Part shown: piece by piece, positions 10,310 to 22,407 of the stretch
Layout: each line of letters starts with the position of its first letter
How positions within the stretch are numbered: position 1 is the first letter of the stretch
Assembly (NCBI GenBank): GCA_030141605.1
Contig: JAQGDQ010001336.1
Coordinates: 1 to 46,396, forward strand
DNA length: 46,396 nt
Reading direction: 5' to 3'
Source: Tubiluchus corallicola
Lineage: Eukaryota > Animalia > Priapulida
Notes under the pieces: generated by a model
The model's database searches: none
Told to the model about the DNA's origin: nothing
Seen by the model: only the letters and a program-made list of their open reading frames with translations
Translations under genes and position numbers: made by a program

Positions 10310-11225
10310 TGGTCAGTTTTTATTATGTCAGGATCGACTATCACTGGTTATTTTTATTATGTCAGGATCGACTAGTACTGGTCAGCTTTTATCATGTCAC
10401 AGTAACTATCATTGGACAATTTCTTAACAAAGTCGACAATCACTATCAATAATAATAATCAATATCAAAAATGTCTACAAAGCAGCCGCTACTCATTCAT
10501 TTCGCCAAACAATGGTACCAACCTTTTTGATTGGCGAAAGTCACTAAATCTGTCACCGTCAACTTAATTTATTCACAAGAGCCAGAGGTCAGGATCAGAC
10601 ATTCTATTATAGAACAAGATCAATTTTACCGTCAGTGATTTATCCAGAAAACAGATGATAAAAAATGAACATAGACTGGGACAATTTTTATCTTAACAAA
10701 GTCGACAATCACTATCAATTATACCTTGTTTAGTCTGTCTATTATTAGTGTTACTGGTTAATTTTAGTCATGTGAAAGTTGATTATCACAAATTAACTTT
10801 TGCCATGTCAAGGTTGACTATTACAGTCAATATTTTCTTGACAAGAACGACTATCACTGGTTTATTTCTACCTTGACAAGGCGGATTATCACTAGTTAAC
10901 TTTTACCATGTCTAGGTCAACTGCAACTGGTCATTTTTTATAAGAACGACTATCACTGGTTTATTTCTACCTTGACAAGGCGGATTATCACTAGTTAACT
11001 TTTACCATGTCTAGGTCAACTGCAACTGGTCATTTTTTATAAGAACGACTATCACTGGTTTATTTCTACCTTGACAAGGCGGATTATCACTAGTTAACTT
11101 TTACCATGTCTAGGTCAACTGCAACTGGTCATTTTTGATAAGAACGACTATCACTGGTGAATTTCTACCTTGATGAGCTTGACTATCGCTGATTAATTTC
11201 TACCATGTTAAGATTTACTATAATT
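10310..11225. repeat. Degenerate ~35-bp minisatellite with a 99-bp higher-order unit (x3.3)
   Basis: GACTATCACTGG-type monomers occur throughout. Near-identical 99-bp units start at 10843, 10942, 11041 and 11140. Confidence 0.85.
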
Positions 11226-13813
11226 ACTGAGCAGTTTCAGTTTGTTTTATCTTTTTATATTTTCATTAATTTTTATCTTTCCAGTTATCACAGATGAATG
11301 TTATACCAGCATTCGATAACATTCCTGGCCATTTCAATGTACAACTTCAAGAGGTTTTAAACCAAAACGGTCTTGGAATAAAGCTCGAATGGTTAAAAAA
11401 AGAAATTTTATTTACAAATTATGTACATCATAACATTTCAACAATAACACGGCTAAGTGATTTTGTACATTCACTACGACACTGCAGTCTAATTTTTAAT
11501 TAACGCTGCAGGTCTTCCAGTCTGAGTGGCAATAATGGACAGATTCAAGTGATATAATCAAATCACTAACAATATGAACAGCAAATATCCATGTTTAGAA
11601 AAATGAAAAGCCTCCTCATAAATTATCTATACGACTGATGATCATGGGTTCGAACACATGCAACAATAGAAAGGCAGCAATGAACCTAAAACGTGACATG
11701 CTAATTCTATTACGCATGATGAAAAGAGGTTCTTACCTGCCCTAAAGTTATCAGTTACTATAAGTCATCTAAATGTTTAACACTTCACACCTGAGAATAA
11801 GAAACAGTAACACTACGACATTACGTGTACAAAAACCAGCCAGAAGTAAAAATCATTCATCGTGTTTATTGAGATTTCAAAGTAATTTGAACCGAATATA
11901 ATGTAGCCGAAATCATATCATTTGCTTTACACAAACACGTACAGACAAGCTTTTAATTAAAATATAATTATAACTAATGTAGCAGTAAGAAAGAAGAATA
12001 TTGAATTACATCCTTCGCTGCCCAGATTATGATTAAAGAACAAAGCAACGGTTGACTGACCCGTGCTAATGTATAAAAGTGAAATGCACAGCTTTAATTA
12101 GAATGTCTATTGTGTGACTCTCGGTTGAATTTCAATACTTACCATTTACTTCGACTTTCGAATACTTCTTCAAACGTCAATGAATTTGGTTGGAAACTAA
12201 TGGATGCTTAGTGGTAAGTGTATGCATTTCTTAGTTCTCGCTCCATTTCATCTTTCATTCACTACTCCCCCCCCCCCCCCACTTCTATGTATATATTATC
12301 ATTATCTCAATTATTAGTCACTTCTTTAAGATTTCCACGTACAGTTTTTCCTGTCAAGCTATGCTTTTAGGTTGAAACTGTATGCATCAAAATTATTCTA
12401 TAATGTAATTTGCACATGTATATGCTGCATAAGAATCTCTTTTGTAATTTCTGGATAATATTGCATTTATATTTTTATTTACTTCAGTGAAATTATCTGT
12501 ATTTTATTGTAACTGTTGGATGCAGAGTGGGAATAAATAAACTTATAAACTTATAACTTAAACCTGAGAATAACTTATTTGTGCAATTAAATATTATTAC
12601 AGATTTTTAAGCGTAAGTGCTGATTTTTTTGCTTTTCCAACAAAACATGCTACCTTCGCAACAATATAGGCATGGTGAACACCCATAAAATTTGAAACTT
12701 ACTTTTTTTTCAAAATTGTCAGTTAAAACCTTGTTATAACTTCACGGGCGAAAAATTTGAACAATGACTCACTCTTGCGTGCTACCAATCATAAACACAC
12801 ACGTTCTTTTTTGTAAACTGTTGTTTTACTTGTAACCGCTGCTATTATGTAGTAATCGGAGTATTTGAGAAGTTTTATTAATTTATTTAGTGCATTTTGA
12901 AGATTATATGCAATTGCAGAGCATGATAATCACATGCAAAACAGTAGGATCAAACACTTTTTTATTTTTACACGCCAGTGTGAGTTATATATAAATACCA
13001 GCTAAAAACCTTGTAATTAAACAAAAAACAAGTGCGCCTAAAATTTATTTCATTCGTACTCTAACGATGCTGCGTTCTCTCCGCCAAGGGGACTGACTGG
13101 TGGCTCCCTACTCGGTCCGTTCCCTCGCATTTCGGGGACCAAGTAGTCCGGGTTCAATGGTAGGATGATGAAATTTATAAATACAAACAGAGGTTTGTAG
13201 AAATAATTCGCTAGTAAGCTTGTCCTGTGTATTTCATGCTCGTTGTGTCTTCGGAACAGGTGCTGAGATGGTAACGACACCTGTCTGTTTACCTGCTGAA
13301 TCAACAATGCCGTTCCATGCACACCTAGTATGCAATTTTGATATGCAGTGGCTTCGTAATGGATCAAACTATCACAATAGGGGTGAGGGGAAAAATAAAT
13401 GGCATTTCGCCATCGTAATGGTAGGTAAAAATTATTGCAAGAATGATAACATTCTAAAACCGTAGAAAATTATTAGTAGAAATTTTAGCCGCTTTTTCTG
13501 TCTTGGCTGCAGCCTGTTAACTTTCAGCATTCATGACTTCAATCTTGAAACATTCAGCACTTATTGGTGCATCCTTGAAACTTTCAGCCGTTGTCTTGGC
13601 TGCAGCCTGTTAACTTTCAGCATGTAAACCGCCGTGGAGCTTGCGCCACCATGGTTGGCGCCCAGAAAACTGCTAGAACGCCGGAGAAGCATTTTCGAGA
13701 GAAAATATGGAGTTATACAGTTGTTAAAGGAAAGAACAATTGAAAGAAAAACTGCTTTATTCTCAAGACCAGTCCTTAATACTTGTCAATACTGGCAAAC
13801 GGCGCGCGTGCGG

Positions 13814-14002
<189 letters not shown>

Positions 14003-14349
14003 GAGAAGATGCAGTATGTTCGCATAAAGCAAAAAAAGTTACCTCGGCGCGAGGCCCCCCTGGAGGGTGAGGCCCCGGGAAGTATCCCCACTCCCCCCCC
14101 CTTGAAATAGGGCTTGCTAATATCCCTCAATACATTAACATTTTGCCCTTTCGTGAGCTATAGCTGTAATATTTGTATGACATTTTACCCGTCTTTTGGT
14201 TCTCTCCGCCATTGCTTTATTTTTCTGACTGTGATAAGCATTATGACTGTGAATTTCTTACGAATTTATTGTTGTGACATTGTTGCTCTTAAGGCTACTT
14301 GGGAGTTCTCATTCCTGTCTTTGTAACTGTTAAAGGCTCTAACAACGAC

Positions 14350-14541
14350 AAAAAGGCGCCGCTGCCAATCTTCACTGAGATTCACTGAGCCGCGCGTAGC
14401 TTTGAAAGTTTACAAAATTTTAGTATCCGAGGTAATTATTACTTAATCTAAGCTTTGATTTATAATAAGCTATTGTAGCTTTCAATATTTTAGAGCATTC
14501 TTTATTCTGAACTCGTGTTTACACAATCATCCGGTTTTCCT
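14350..14541. mobile_element. Kolobok-like MITE family A, right-end fragment
   Basis: Matches 3925-4114 and ends ACAATCATCCGGTTTTCCT|TTAA. Confidence 0.8.
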
Positions 14542-15079
14542 TTAATACAACGTCTAGTGCTTAGAGAACAAAGTAGAAAAAAATACCGTTTCCTGTGAAT
14601 ATTGAAGCATTAATTTTTTGCATATTTGAACAGTTTAATTGCAGGATGGCGACAAAAACCTGCTTCTTGTCTCTGTACTAATACGTAATTGCACATTTTT
14701 ACTGCACTGAAGACTACTTAACCAAAATCGTGTCACAGCCTTGGTTTTGTTACTTACAAATTAACAATAGAAGCTTGTTTTATAACATGTTGGTATTGGC
14801 AATATGGCGAATCTTCAAACGTTTTAGTTTTTGTATTACAGGCACTTAAAAACATTGAATTCACCACTGATGATGACAGCGGTTTAACGTTTTGCGTGAT
14901 TTTTGACTACGTTAACTGAAAGTTTTAACGAAGTTGCATTGTTTTGGCTATAAATGTTTTAATTTTTGACCGAATCTTCAATCTTCAATACTCAAAAGTT
15001 TTTCTAAAGTACAAAAGCAAAAAAAACCACCAAAATTGTTCTAACTTTATTGCGGTGCAAAATTCAAGTGAACCGTATA

Positions 15080-15502
15080 CAAGGTTCCCACGAACAGGGA
15101 AAATTCTGGAAAATACAGGCTATCTTGGAAAGTCAGGGAAAAAGATAATTTGGTAAAAAGTCAGGGTAAATTATGAAAATGTGGCAAAAAGTCGGGATAA
15201 TTGGAAATGGTCGGAAAAATACTTACTGTGAACCGATATTTTTCCAAACATATTTTTCAGCGATTCGTGGTAATGAATTGATTAAGAAAGTTTATTTAAT
15301 GTAGTGATTAGTGTAATTTTGTTAGCACTACTGCAACTGTGCTGACACATTATATCTCAGTATATGCATGCATGCTCATACACAAAAATGTTTGAATGTG
15401 TATGCTGGTAATGCAATTTCTGCTTATCTTGGTCATGGAAAATCAATACTTGGTCAGGGGAAAAGTCAGAGAAATTTATTTTGAAATTCTGTGGGAACCC
15501 TA
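15080..15502. mobile_element. Non-autonomous DNA transposon (hAT-like) with 6-bp TSD
   Basis: TIRs CAAGGTTCCCAC / GTGGGAACCCTA, flanks CGTATA (15074-79) / CGTATG (15503-08), and repeated AAAGTCAGGG subterminal motifs. Confidence 0.75.
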
Positions 15503-15582
15503 CGTATGGTACAGAGAAACTTGTGCAGAGAATAATACTGGTGGTACAGGTGGGCTTAATTTTAGTCTAACTTTACACTGTG

Positions 15583-15597
15583 GCGCCATCTATTGGC
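15583..15597 (-). promoter_or_regulatory. CTCF-like motif
   Basis: The minus strand reads GCCAATAGATGGCGC, close to the CCASYAGRKGGCRS core. This is a motif match only. Confidence 0.3.
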
Positions 15598-16397
15598 GTT
15601 TATATTGATAAGCAGGTCGGCGTAGTAAGGCGAGTCCGTTAGCACATGCATTTTGTTCAAGTTTTTTCAGCCAATTTTACCCGTTTAACAATTTTGAGGA
15701 ATATTTTATGTTCAAAGATCATAATATTTCCGGCATAGATTATTTTCAGACATTCAAAATGAATCGTTTATAATATTAAAAATGGGTGACAGGTTTTATA
15801 AAAAGTTTTTTAATAATATTATTAAGAAGTTGCATTTCAGTTAGTTTTTTTATTGTAATTGTTTTCAATGTATGTTTTGCATAACTCATTTAAACATATG
15901 TTTTATATGTATGTATGCCCTGTTTCCGATGCAATTTCATTTTTATTTAAGGTAATTTTACAATGTTTGCATATCATAGATTGTGAGCCTATATAAAGTT
16001 GTTTGTTTTTTATTATTTACAAATAAACAACATGAACAAACAAGTTTCTGACACCGAAGGACGTTTTTTACTATATTGTAATATCTTTAACAAATGTTAT
16101 ACCATCATTTTTTGGTAAATAAAGATTTGTTTAGGTGTAGACTTTATTATGCGAGTATGCGCGTTATTTATATGTATTTTGAAGCTATAATTTTGATACT
16201 TGTGAAAATATACACGAAAGGAATTGTCGTTTTTGTGCAAAAAAAGCTTTTACAAATTACTGTTATATATTTGAAAGCCTGTTCTTAAGATACTTATTTT
16301 CACCAATAGATACTAAAGCCAGTCGTAAGATGCCTATTTTCACCAATAGATGGAAGCACATTATGACTATTTTTTGCAGGTTTTTGCTTGCAGAAGT

Positions 16398-17590
16398 TAC
16401 AGCTCTCTACAAAGTATGTAAACTACTATATCTATGCAGTACGCTGATGATGTGGCATGGATTACCAGAAACAAAAGAAGAAATAGATGAAATAAAAAAC
16501 TCAATAGAGGAGAAACTGAACAGAATGGATCTCGTTGTAAACAAAAATGAAAATGAAAAATTTCATGTAACACGCCATGGTGATGAATCGTGGCAAAGTT
16601 GCAGGTATCTCGGTAGTCTGCCAGCAACAGAAGACGACATGTCAAGACGGAAGATAATGGCATTATCAGCTTACTCAAAATTCACAAAAGTTTTTGAGAA
16701 TAGGAAGATTTCTTTGGAAACAAAAATTAGAATATTCTCGGCCTTAGTTGAAACTGTATTTCTGCATAACTCTGAGCTCTGGATATTAAAAGCAAATCAT
16801 AAAGCTGAAATCGATCCTTTTCAAAGGCGAAATTACAAAAACATTTTGGGTATCAGACGGCCAAAGAAAATCTCAAACAAAGATCTATATGAAAAAATAA
16901 AAGAAGAACCTTGGACAAGAAAAATAAAAAGACGCCGTTTAAGATGGATTGGGCATATGCTTAGACTACCTGATGATGTTCTAGTGAAGATAGCTCTTCA
17001 ACAAGCCATAGAAACAGCTAAAGCTAAAAAACCTGCAGGAGGACAAATGTTAACATACTTAGATTTTGTACAGAAAGATTTAAACACTTCAGCATTGATC
17101 CTTAGAAATAAATGCATGATGCATAATGCATCATTGGATGATGATGATGATGGTGATGATGATGGTAATGATCTGGTATAGGGAGGTGAACAGAATCATC
17201 TCCCTGGACGTGTGATTCATTGGATGATGATGATGATGGTAATAATAGGGCATAGGGAGGTGAACAGAATCATCTCCCTGGACGCTATGATTCATTGGAT
17301 GATGATGATGATTATGATGGTAATGATCTGGCATAGGGAGGTGAACAGAATCATCTCCCTGTACGTATTGGACTCATTGGATGATGATGATGATGATGAT
17401 GGTAATGATCTGGCATAGAGAGGTGAACAGAATCATCTCCCTGGACGTATTGGATTCATTGGATGATGATGATGATGATGATGATAATGATGATGATGAT
17501 GATGATGATGATGACAATGATCTGGCATAGGGAGGTGAACAGAATCATGTCCCTGGACGCTATGATTCATTGGATGATGATGATGATGAT
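16398..17590 (+). mobile_element. 5'-truncated RTE-clade LINE with TSD and reiterated 3' tail
   Basis: YADD (16440-16451, frameshifted relative to the 283-aa ORF), RYLGS, TKIRIF and RRRLRWIGHMLRLP motifs. TSD (T)GCTTGCAGAAGT at 16385-16397 and 17590-17602. Confidence 0.92.
17131..17590 (+). repeat. Tandem array: TCATTG(GAT)n alternating with a hairpin unit (5 hairpins, 6 GAT tracts)
   Basis: AGGGAGGTGA-ACAGAA-TCATCTCCCT at 17180, 17254, 17335, 17417 and 17529 (the last two are variants). Confidence 0.95.
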
Positions 17591-17805
17591 GCTTGCAGAA
17601 GTGCAATAAACATTTGTCAGTTGCTTTTGTTGAGTGGAGAGCTTAAATTTCACTGTTGCAACTGGTTACTTCGCTTCATTAGCCGAAAACCATTGTGCAC
17701 AATGGTTAAGCAGTGGAGTGATGAGTGGACTCAGTCTTGCACAATTGCCCAGTTTCATGTTTCCGGTTCATGTACTAGCGTGTCAAGTGAACCACTTGTG
17801 AAACA

Positions 17806-18175
17806 CTGTGCGCACGCGCAGCTGCAGTAGGTCAAAGGTTAAGTGTACACCACAGTAGCGCATCTTAACTACAACCGTCATGTGACACGTGTAAAGCAAA
17901 GCCGTCTGCAGCATCGATTCAGTAACTCAGTTGTTTTACGTAGACTTTACTTAACTATTCATTAGTCTGTGCGGAGAGTGATTTACTAGCAGGATCTTGC
18001 AGGGGAACAAGAAAATGTGAACTAGGTAAGGTTCTAGCTAGATGTTAAAACTGTTACTATTAAAATAGCTTAGGCTGCAAGGCGTTGTCAAGTGTACACA
18101 AACGCGTTGTTTGGTGCACTTAACTTTTGACCTTTTCACGATCATCATCAATCGTTGGAACTGTGAAAAGGCTTA
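17806..18175. mobile_element. MITE family C copy
   Basis: Aligns with 8410-8786 and ends GTGAAAAGGCTTA. Confidence 0.85.
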
Positions 18176-18239
18176 CTGAAAACAATTCACCAAATAAATA
18201 ATACATATATCACCTTTATTTGCGAGTTACTTTGGAAGT

Positions 18240-18312
18240 GACTCGGTGGTTAATCGAACCCACGATCTCCCACGTGGAAGGCAGTCACGCTACCACTGAG
18301 CTATACTACCCA
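18240..18312 (-). mobile_element. tRNA(Gly)-like SINE head / tRNA pseudogene
   Basis: The minus strand GTATAGCTCAGTGGTAGCGTGACTGCCTTCCACGTGGGAGATCGTGGGTTCGATT has an A box, a TCC anticodon-like loop and a B box. The acceptor stem does not pair. Confidence 0.6.
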
Positions 18313-18417
18313 GTCAGTGGTACGATACCAAGACGAAATATTTTGATTATGATTCTTGGTGAAACCGTGACGTAGAAATGTAATAGCTAACATAACCAAC
18401 AATAAAAGAAACATATT

Positions 18418-18808
18418 TGTGAAAGTCATGTTTAAAGTTGTAGATCACTCACTTTGTAGAACAAGAATAAAAAATCTATACTGCATATTTGCACAGAAAA
18501 GTGTTTATTAAACTACATACACATAAGTAGAATGACTGCTGCACTGAATACTGAGAATGAGAGTGTCCTGCACTGATCACTGAGAGTTAGAGAGTGACTA
18601 GAAAGTAAAACCAGTCAAAATATATAGGTATAGGTAACCTATGCAGACTTGGCTTCACAAAACCATTCCCGTGAAATAGGGAAAGATCCAGTGAATATGC
18701 ATTCACTGGACCGTACAATTATACTGGGGGTGAGTTTAGCTAGTAAAATGTAAAAGGATTAGTTCATAGATGGCAGCACCTAAAAAATATACAATTACAA
18801 CTTCCACA
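18418..18808 (-). mobile_element. Solo LTR (391 bp)
   Basis: Termini TGTGAAAGT...ACTTCCACA and 5-bp flanks ATATT/ATACT. On the minus strand a TATA-like box (~18620-28) lies upstream of AATAAA (~18505-10). Confidence 0.7.
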
Positions 18809-18906
18809 ATACTGAAGTGTAAAAATGTGACGCTTCGAGTCTTCAAAAATGATGAATTAAAATGAAAATATCAAATTAGCTGACAATTAATGATATTATT
18901 GTATAG

Positions 18907-19222
18907 ATTATGACTGTGAATGGCAGAATGTTCACAAACCATTGTAGTTTATTGTTTTTAACAGGGTAATGAGTTCAGGAAAAAGGACGGTGAAAAAATG
19001 CGAACCAGTCAGGATTCGAACTCGCTGCTCTGTCATGTTGGACTAGTAACTCGGCTGGCAGAGCACAGGAGTACTAGTCCCAGATCTCGGGTTCAAATCT
19101 CGACTAGTTCACAATTTTTCAGCATACCCGTTCTTTCTTTAACTCATTAACTGCACTGGGTAATAATTCTTGCAAAATAAACTGTAATGGTTTACGAACA
19201 TTCAGGCATTGACAGTCATAAT
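18907..19222. mobile_element. Foldback element with tRNA-like centre
   Basis: Arms 18907-19024 and 19088-19222 are inverted copies (ATTATGACTGTGAATGGCAGAATGTTCACAAACCATTGTAGTTTATT vs AATAAACTGTAATGGTTTACGAACATTCAGGCATTGACAGTCATAAT). The centre has TAGTAACTCGGCTGGCAGAGC..GGGTTCAAATC, plus an opposed B box (GATTCGAAC). Confidence 0.75.
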
Positions 19223-19230
19223 GTAATTAA

Positions 19231-19950
19231 AGCAAAACCCGGGACCCAATCTTAAACTGTAGGTCAAAACAATCTACTCTTTAAAATACATGCATTGAAT
19301 GGAAACATACTATTTTTTCAAAAATGACTTACATGAAAGAATTATTGCCACACAAACACAATTTCGTGTTCGCGTCACTAATTCTTTGCTGTTACATGCG
19401 TTTCACTATTCGTTAGTTAGACGGGCACTAGCGCCTGCAATTCGGAAACGCATTGCACAAAAAACAGGTGCTGTACCACTCAGTTCAGTTTGTGATGAAA
19501 TATATTCTACAGCTCATGCGTGAGCACAACGGTAAATTTGAAAATTAAATTTTTATCTTAAAACTTGCCTAGTTTTAGTACAACACATTGTACCTCTCAG
19601 TTCAGATGTGTTAGTTTGTAATGAACTACACATATTCTGCAGCTCATGCGTGAGCACAACGGTAAATTTTAAACTTAAATTTTTATCTTAAAACTTGCCT
19701 AGTTTTAGTACCACACACTGAATATCTTACAGTAGCACTTTCAATTTTCTCTTTCACAAACACGTGCAACACGCTCGTGGAACGTTTTCGCTGTTCGAAA
19801 TTATGTTAGTTTGTGACGTCATCAATAGTTGGGCTCCCCCGCCGTTAATTAAGTTTTTAATCTATTATTTAATTATCAAAAACGCTTTTACAGTATTAAT
19901 TGTGTTATAATGTATAATTTTCTATTAGACTTGAAAATGGGATAATTCCT
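19231..19950. mobile_element. Kolobok-like MITE family B (inverted relative to 39310-39864), with an internal ~120-bp duplication
   Basis: TTAA at 19227-30 and 19951-54. Extended homology to the reverse complement of 39310-39864. Confidence 0.8.
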
Positions 19951-20129
19951 TTAATTAATAAAATGAAAGTATCCCAGTCTTTGATATTTCACCATTTATT
20001 TGTGACGGCTGTGCAATGCAACAATGTTGCAGGGTTTTATTTGCATTCAGAAATAAAAAAAATCTTGCTTTATTTGTGAAATCGAAGCCAGATTAAATCA
20101 TTGGGGCATTTGCTTGAGAAAAACTACAA

Positions 20130-20432
20130 ACGCTTCTCCCCCCCCCCCCGGATGTTTCCCGCAGACAGAAGAACTGATGCCTTTGATCGGTTCTCGCTCA
20201 AAGTTTTTCGACTTGTGTGAGCGAAGCCACGTTGCTCGTGTCAGGTCACGTGACAGAAGAGATCAGCAGGTGGCGCAACTTCGCGCAGCTTGTGCGGGTT
20301 GGTCGTCGCCTCCGGGAGGAGGTAGAGCAGTCGAGATGGGCGAGCGGGATGCGCTTGTCACGCTTGAGTAGTTTCATGCGAATTTTTTATTTCAAAAGAA
20401 GAGTGAAAGAATAAACAGAGTGAAGAAGAATC
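20130..20432 (+). promoter_or_regulatory. CpG-rich promoter / 5' UTR of a second gene
   Basis: GC- and CpG-rich island containing the palindromic E-box GTCACGTGAC (20245-54) and a CTCF-like TCAGCAGGTGGCGC (20263-76). It lies directly upstream of an ATG exon. Confidence 0.5.
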
Positions 20433-20492
20433 ATGGAAGACGACAGGAATGCGTGTGAATCGTGCATTACAACCATGGCTTATGACGACTTG
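20433..20492 (+). CDS. Probable first coding exon (MEDDRNACESCITTMAYDDL) of an unidentified gene
   Basis: Good Kozak context ATCATGG, 20 open codons, and a consensus donor TG|GTAAGT (phase 0). Confidence 0.6.
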
Positions 20493-20788
20493 GTAAGTTC
20501 GTGTAGCAGTGAGTTGCAAGTGCATGAAAAAAGTTATTGATGTTTTGGGATCCAATCAATCGTTAGCTTTCATTATGAATCACCTGTTTTTCATACGTAA
20601 TAGCTGTTACGTAACGAATAAACAAAAATTCACATCTTATTGCTTTCAAGAAAGGAAGATAAAATGAACTCCATCTTCTGCGTTACTCTAAATTTCCTGC
20701 TTTCGAGAGAAAGGAAGCCACAACCTACTTCTTGCTCTACACTACTCTAAACTACTCACTCAGCAAAAGAAGATGCAAAGGAGGCGTT

Positions 20789-21120
<332 letters not shown>

Positions 21121-21364
21121 CGGAGGAATGAGTGAATTAATGTAGGAACGAATAAAAATTTGCTTGATGTGATAACTTTTCCAAACCTCGAAAACTCGAA
21201 ATTTCTCATATTCGTTATTTATGAAAGTGTCAACAGCAATTTATCCTACCTGCGTTCATCTTCTCATCTGATTGTCTTACTTGGCTTCACATAAATCACT
21301 TCCCAGACGCATCTAACAGATAGTTGCGGGTGCTCGACCCTTAGAGTACAAGAACACTTTGCAG

Positions 21365-21530
21365 TAAGTCTTTTCACAGTTTCGTTGTGCGCACGCGTAG
21401 TTGCTAAAGGTCAAAGGTTAAGTGTACCACAGCAATGCGTCTTAACTACGACCATCACGTGACATGTGGGTAAAGCAAAGCCGTATTAGTACAGTAACTT
21501 CAGTTGTTTTACACGGACGTCACTTACTTA
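21365..21530. mobile_element. MITE family C, left-end fragment
   Basis: TAAGTCTTTTCACAG...AGGTCAAAGGTTAAGTGTACCAC matches 8388-8550. Confidence 0.8.
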
Positions 21531-21579
21531 ATTTATGCTGTTTGCAGTTTAATTAAGCATCGTTCTAACTAGCGGTTAG

Positions 21580-21660
21580 TGATGCGACAACGACAACGGC
21601 GGCGGGGCAGGCTAAAATTTCGGTCGACCCCGTTGGGGTCGAAAGTCAACGACCAGCTGT
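21580..21660 (-). mobile_element. Possible Helentron/DINE-1-like fragment
   Basis: Perfect hairpin TCGACCCC-GTT-GGGGTCGA (21624-42) next to a short CGACAA/GGC repeat. The class assignment is tentative. Confidence 0.3.
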
Positions 21661-22348
21661 ATATGAAGCCAAAATTACTCAACACCCAAAACTACTCAAC
21701 ACGCAAAGTTACTCAAAATATTCTATACTCAAAGTTTGTTCCAAAATGTCTGCAAAGCTTTATCCTTTAATACTTCCCCATTTTTCATGCAGTGCTACAT
21801 TCAAAAACAAATATCATTTGCTCTGGCGCCTAACGCAATAGATTGTAATTTTGTTCAATTAACATTTATTTACCAACCAAACTTTAGTGCAGTACTACAA
21901 CTGCACGTCAGTAAAGTGAAGTTTAAAATTAATTTGCTTTGCCTGTACCTCATTAGTACTGCCTGTAATTACTATTTCATTTCTATTAAAAGGATGGCTG
22001 ATTAGGTGACCTCATGGCTGGTTCGCTATCCCCTCTCCCCCTTTGCTTATATTAACAGCTATTAAGCCCTTTTTACGTCCATAGACTGGACGTGGTCATT
22101 ATACATTTTGTACTCCGATGGAGAAAAATAAATTTAAATTAAATTCAAATTCAATAATTCAATTAAAATTGAAATGAGGATTTGAATTGCATCAGCCGTC
22201 CAGCCGTTTACCTGACGAGCACTTACTACCATCGGGGCCTCGATTCTCAACTGTACTGTACTTTTGGCACCGTGTACTGATTTTGAGAATTGCAGTATGT
22301 GTTGTACTTATATTAGTACCAATTAGTGGTATACGACTAACAAGAGAT

Positions 22349-22407
22349 AGGTCATTAATGTAGATATCAAAAAGCAGGGGTCCAAGGACTGATCCTTGTG
22401 GAAGCCC
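22349..22407 (-). pseudogene. CR1/L2-type reverse transcriptase relic
   Basis: The minus strand translates to GLPQGSVLGPLLFDIYINDL. Confidence 0.85.

Noticed and set aside
16330-17181. 283-aa ORF as a host gene
   Set aside because: It is a truncated, frameshifted RTE RT. The ATG lies in flanking DNA outside the TSD.
17131-17590. CRISPR-like appearance (palindromic repeats with variable spacers)
   Set aside because: The 'spacers' are (GAT)n tracts plus constant sequence, the context is eukaryotic, there are no cas genes, and the array lies inside a LINE TSD.
16372-17660. Cys-rich (piggyBac-like) peptide reconstructed across the RTE insertion site
   Set aside because: Only a few residues (CxKCNKHL-like) that need frameshifts; not distinguishable from chance.
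18240-18312. Functional tRNA-Gly gene
   Set aside because: The acceptor and anticodon stems do not pair properly, so it is treated as a SINE head or pseudogene.
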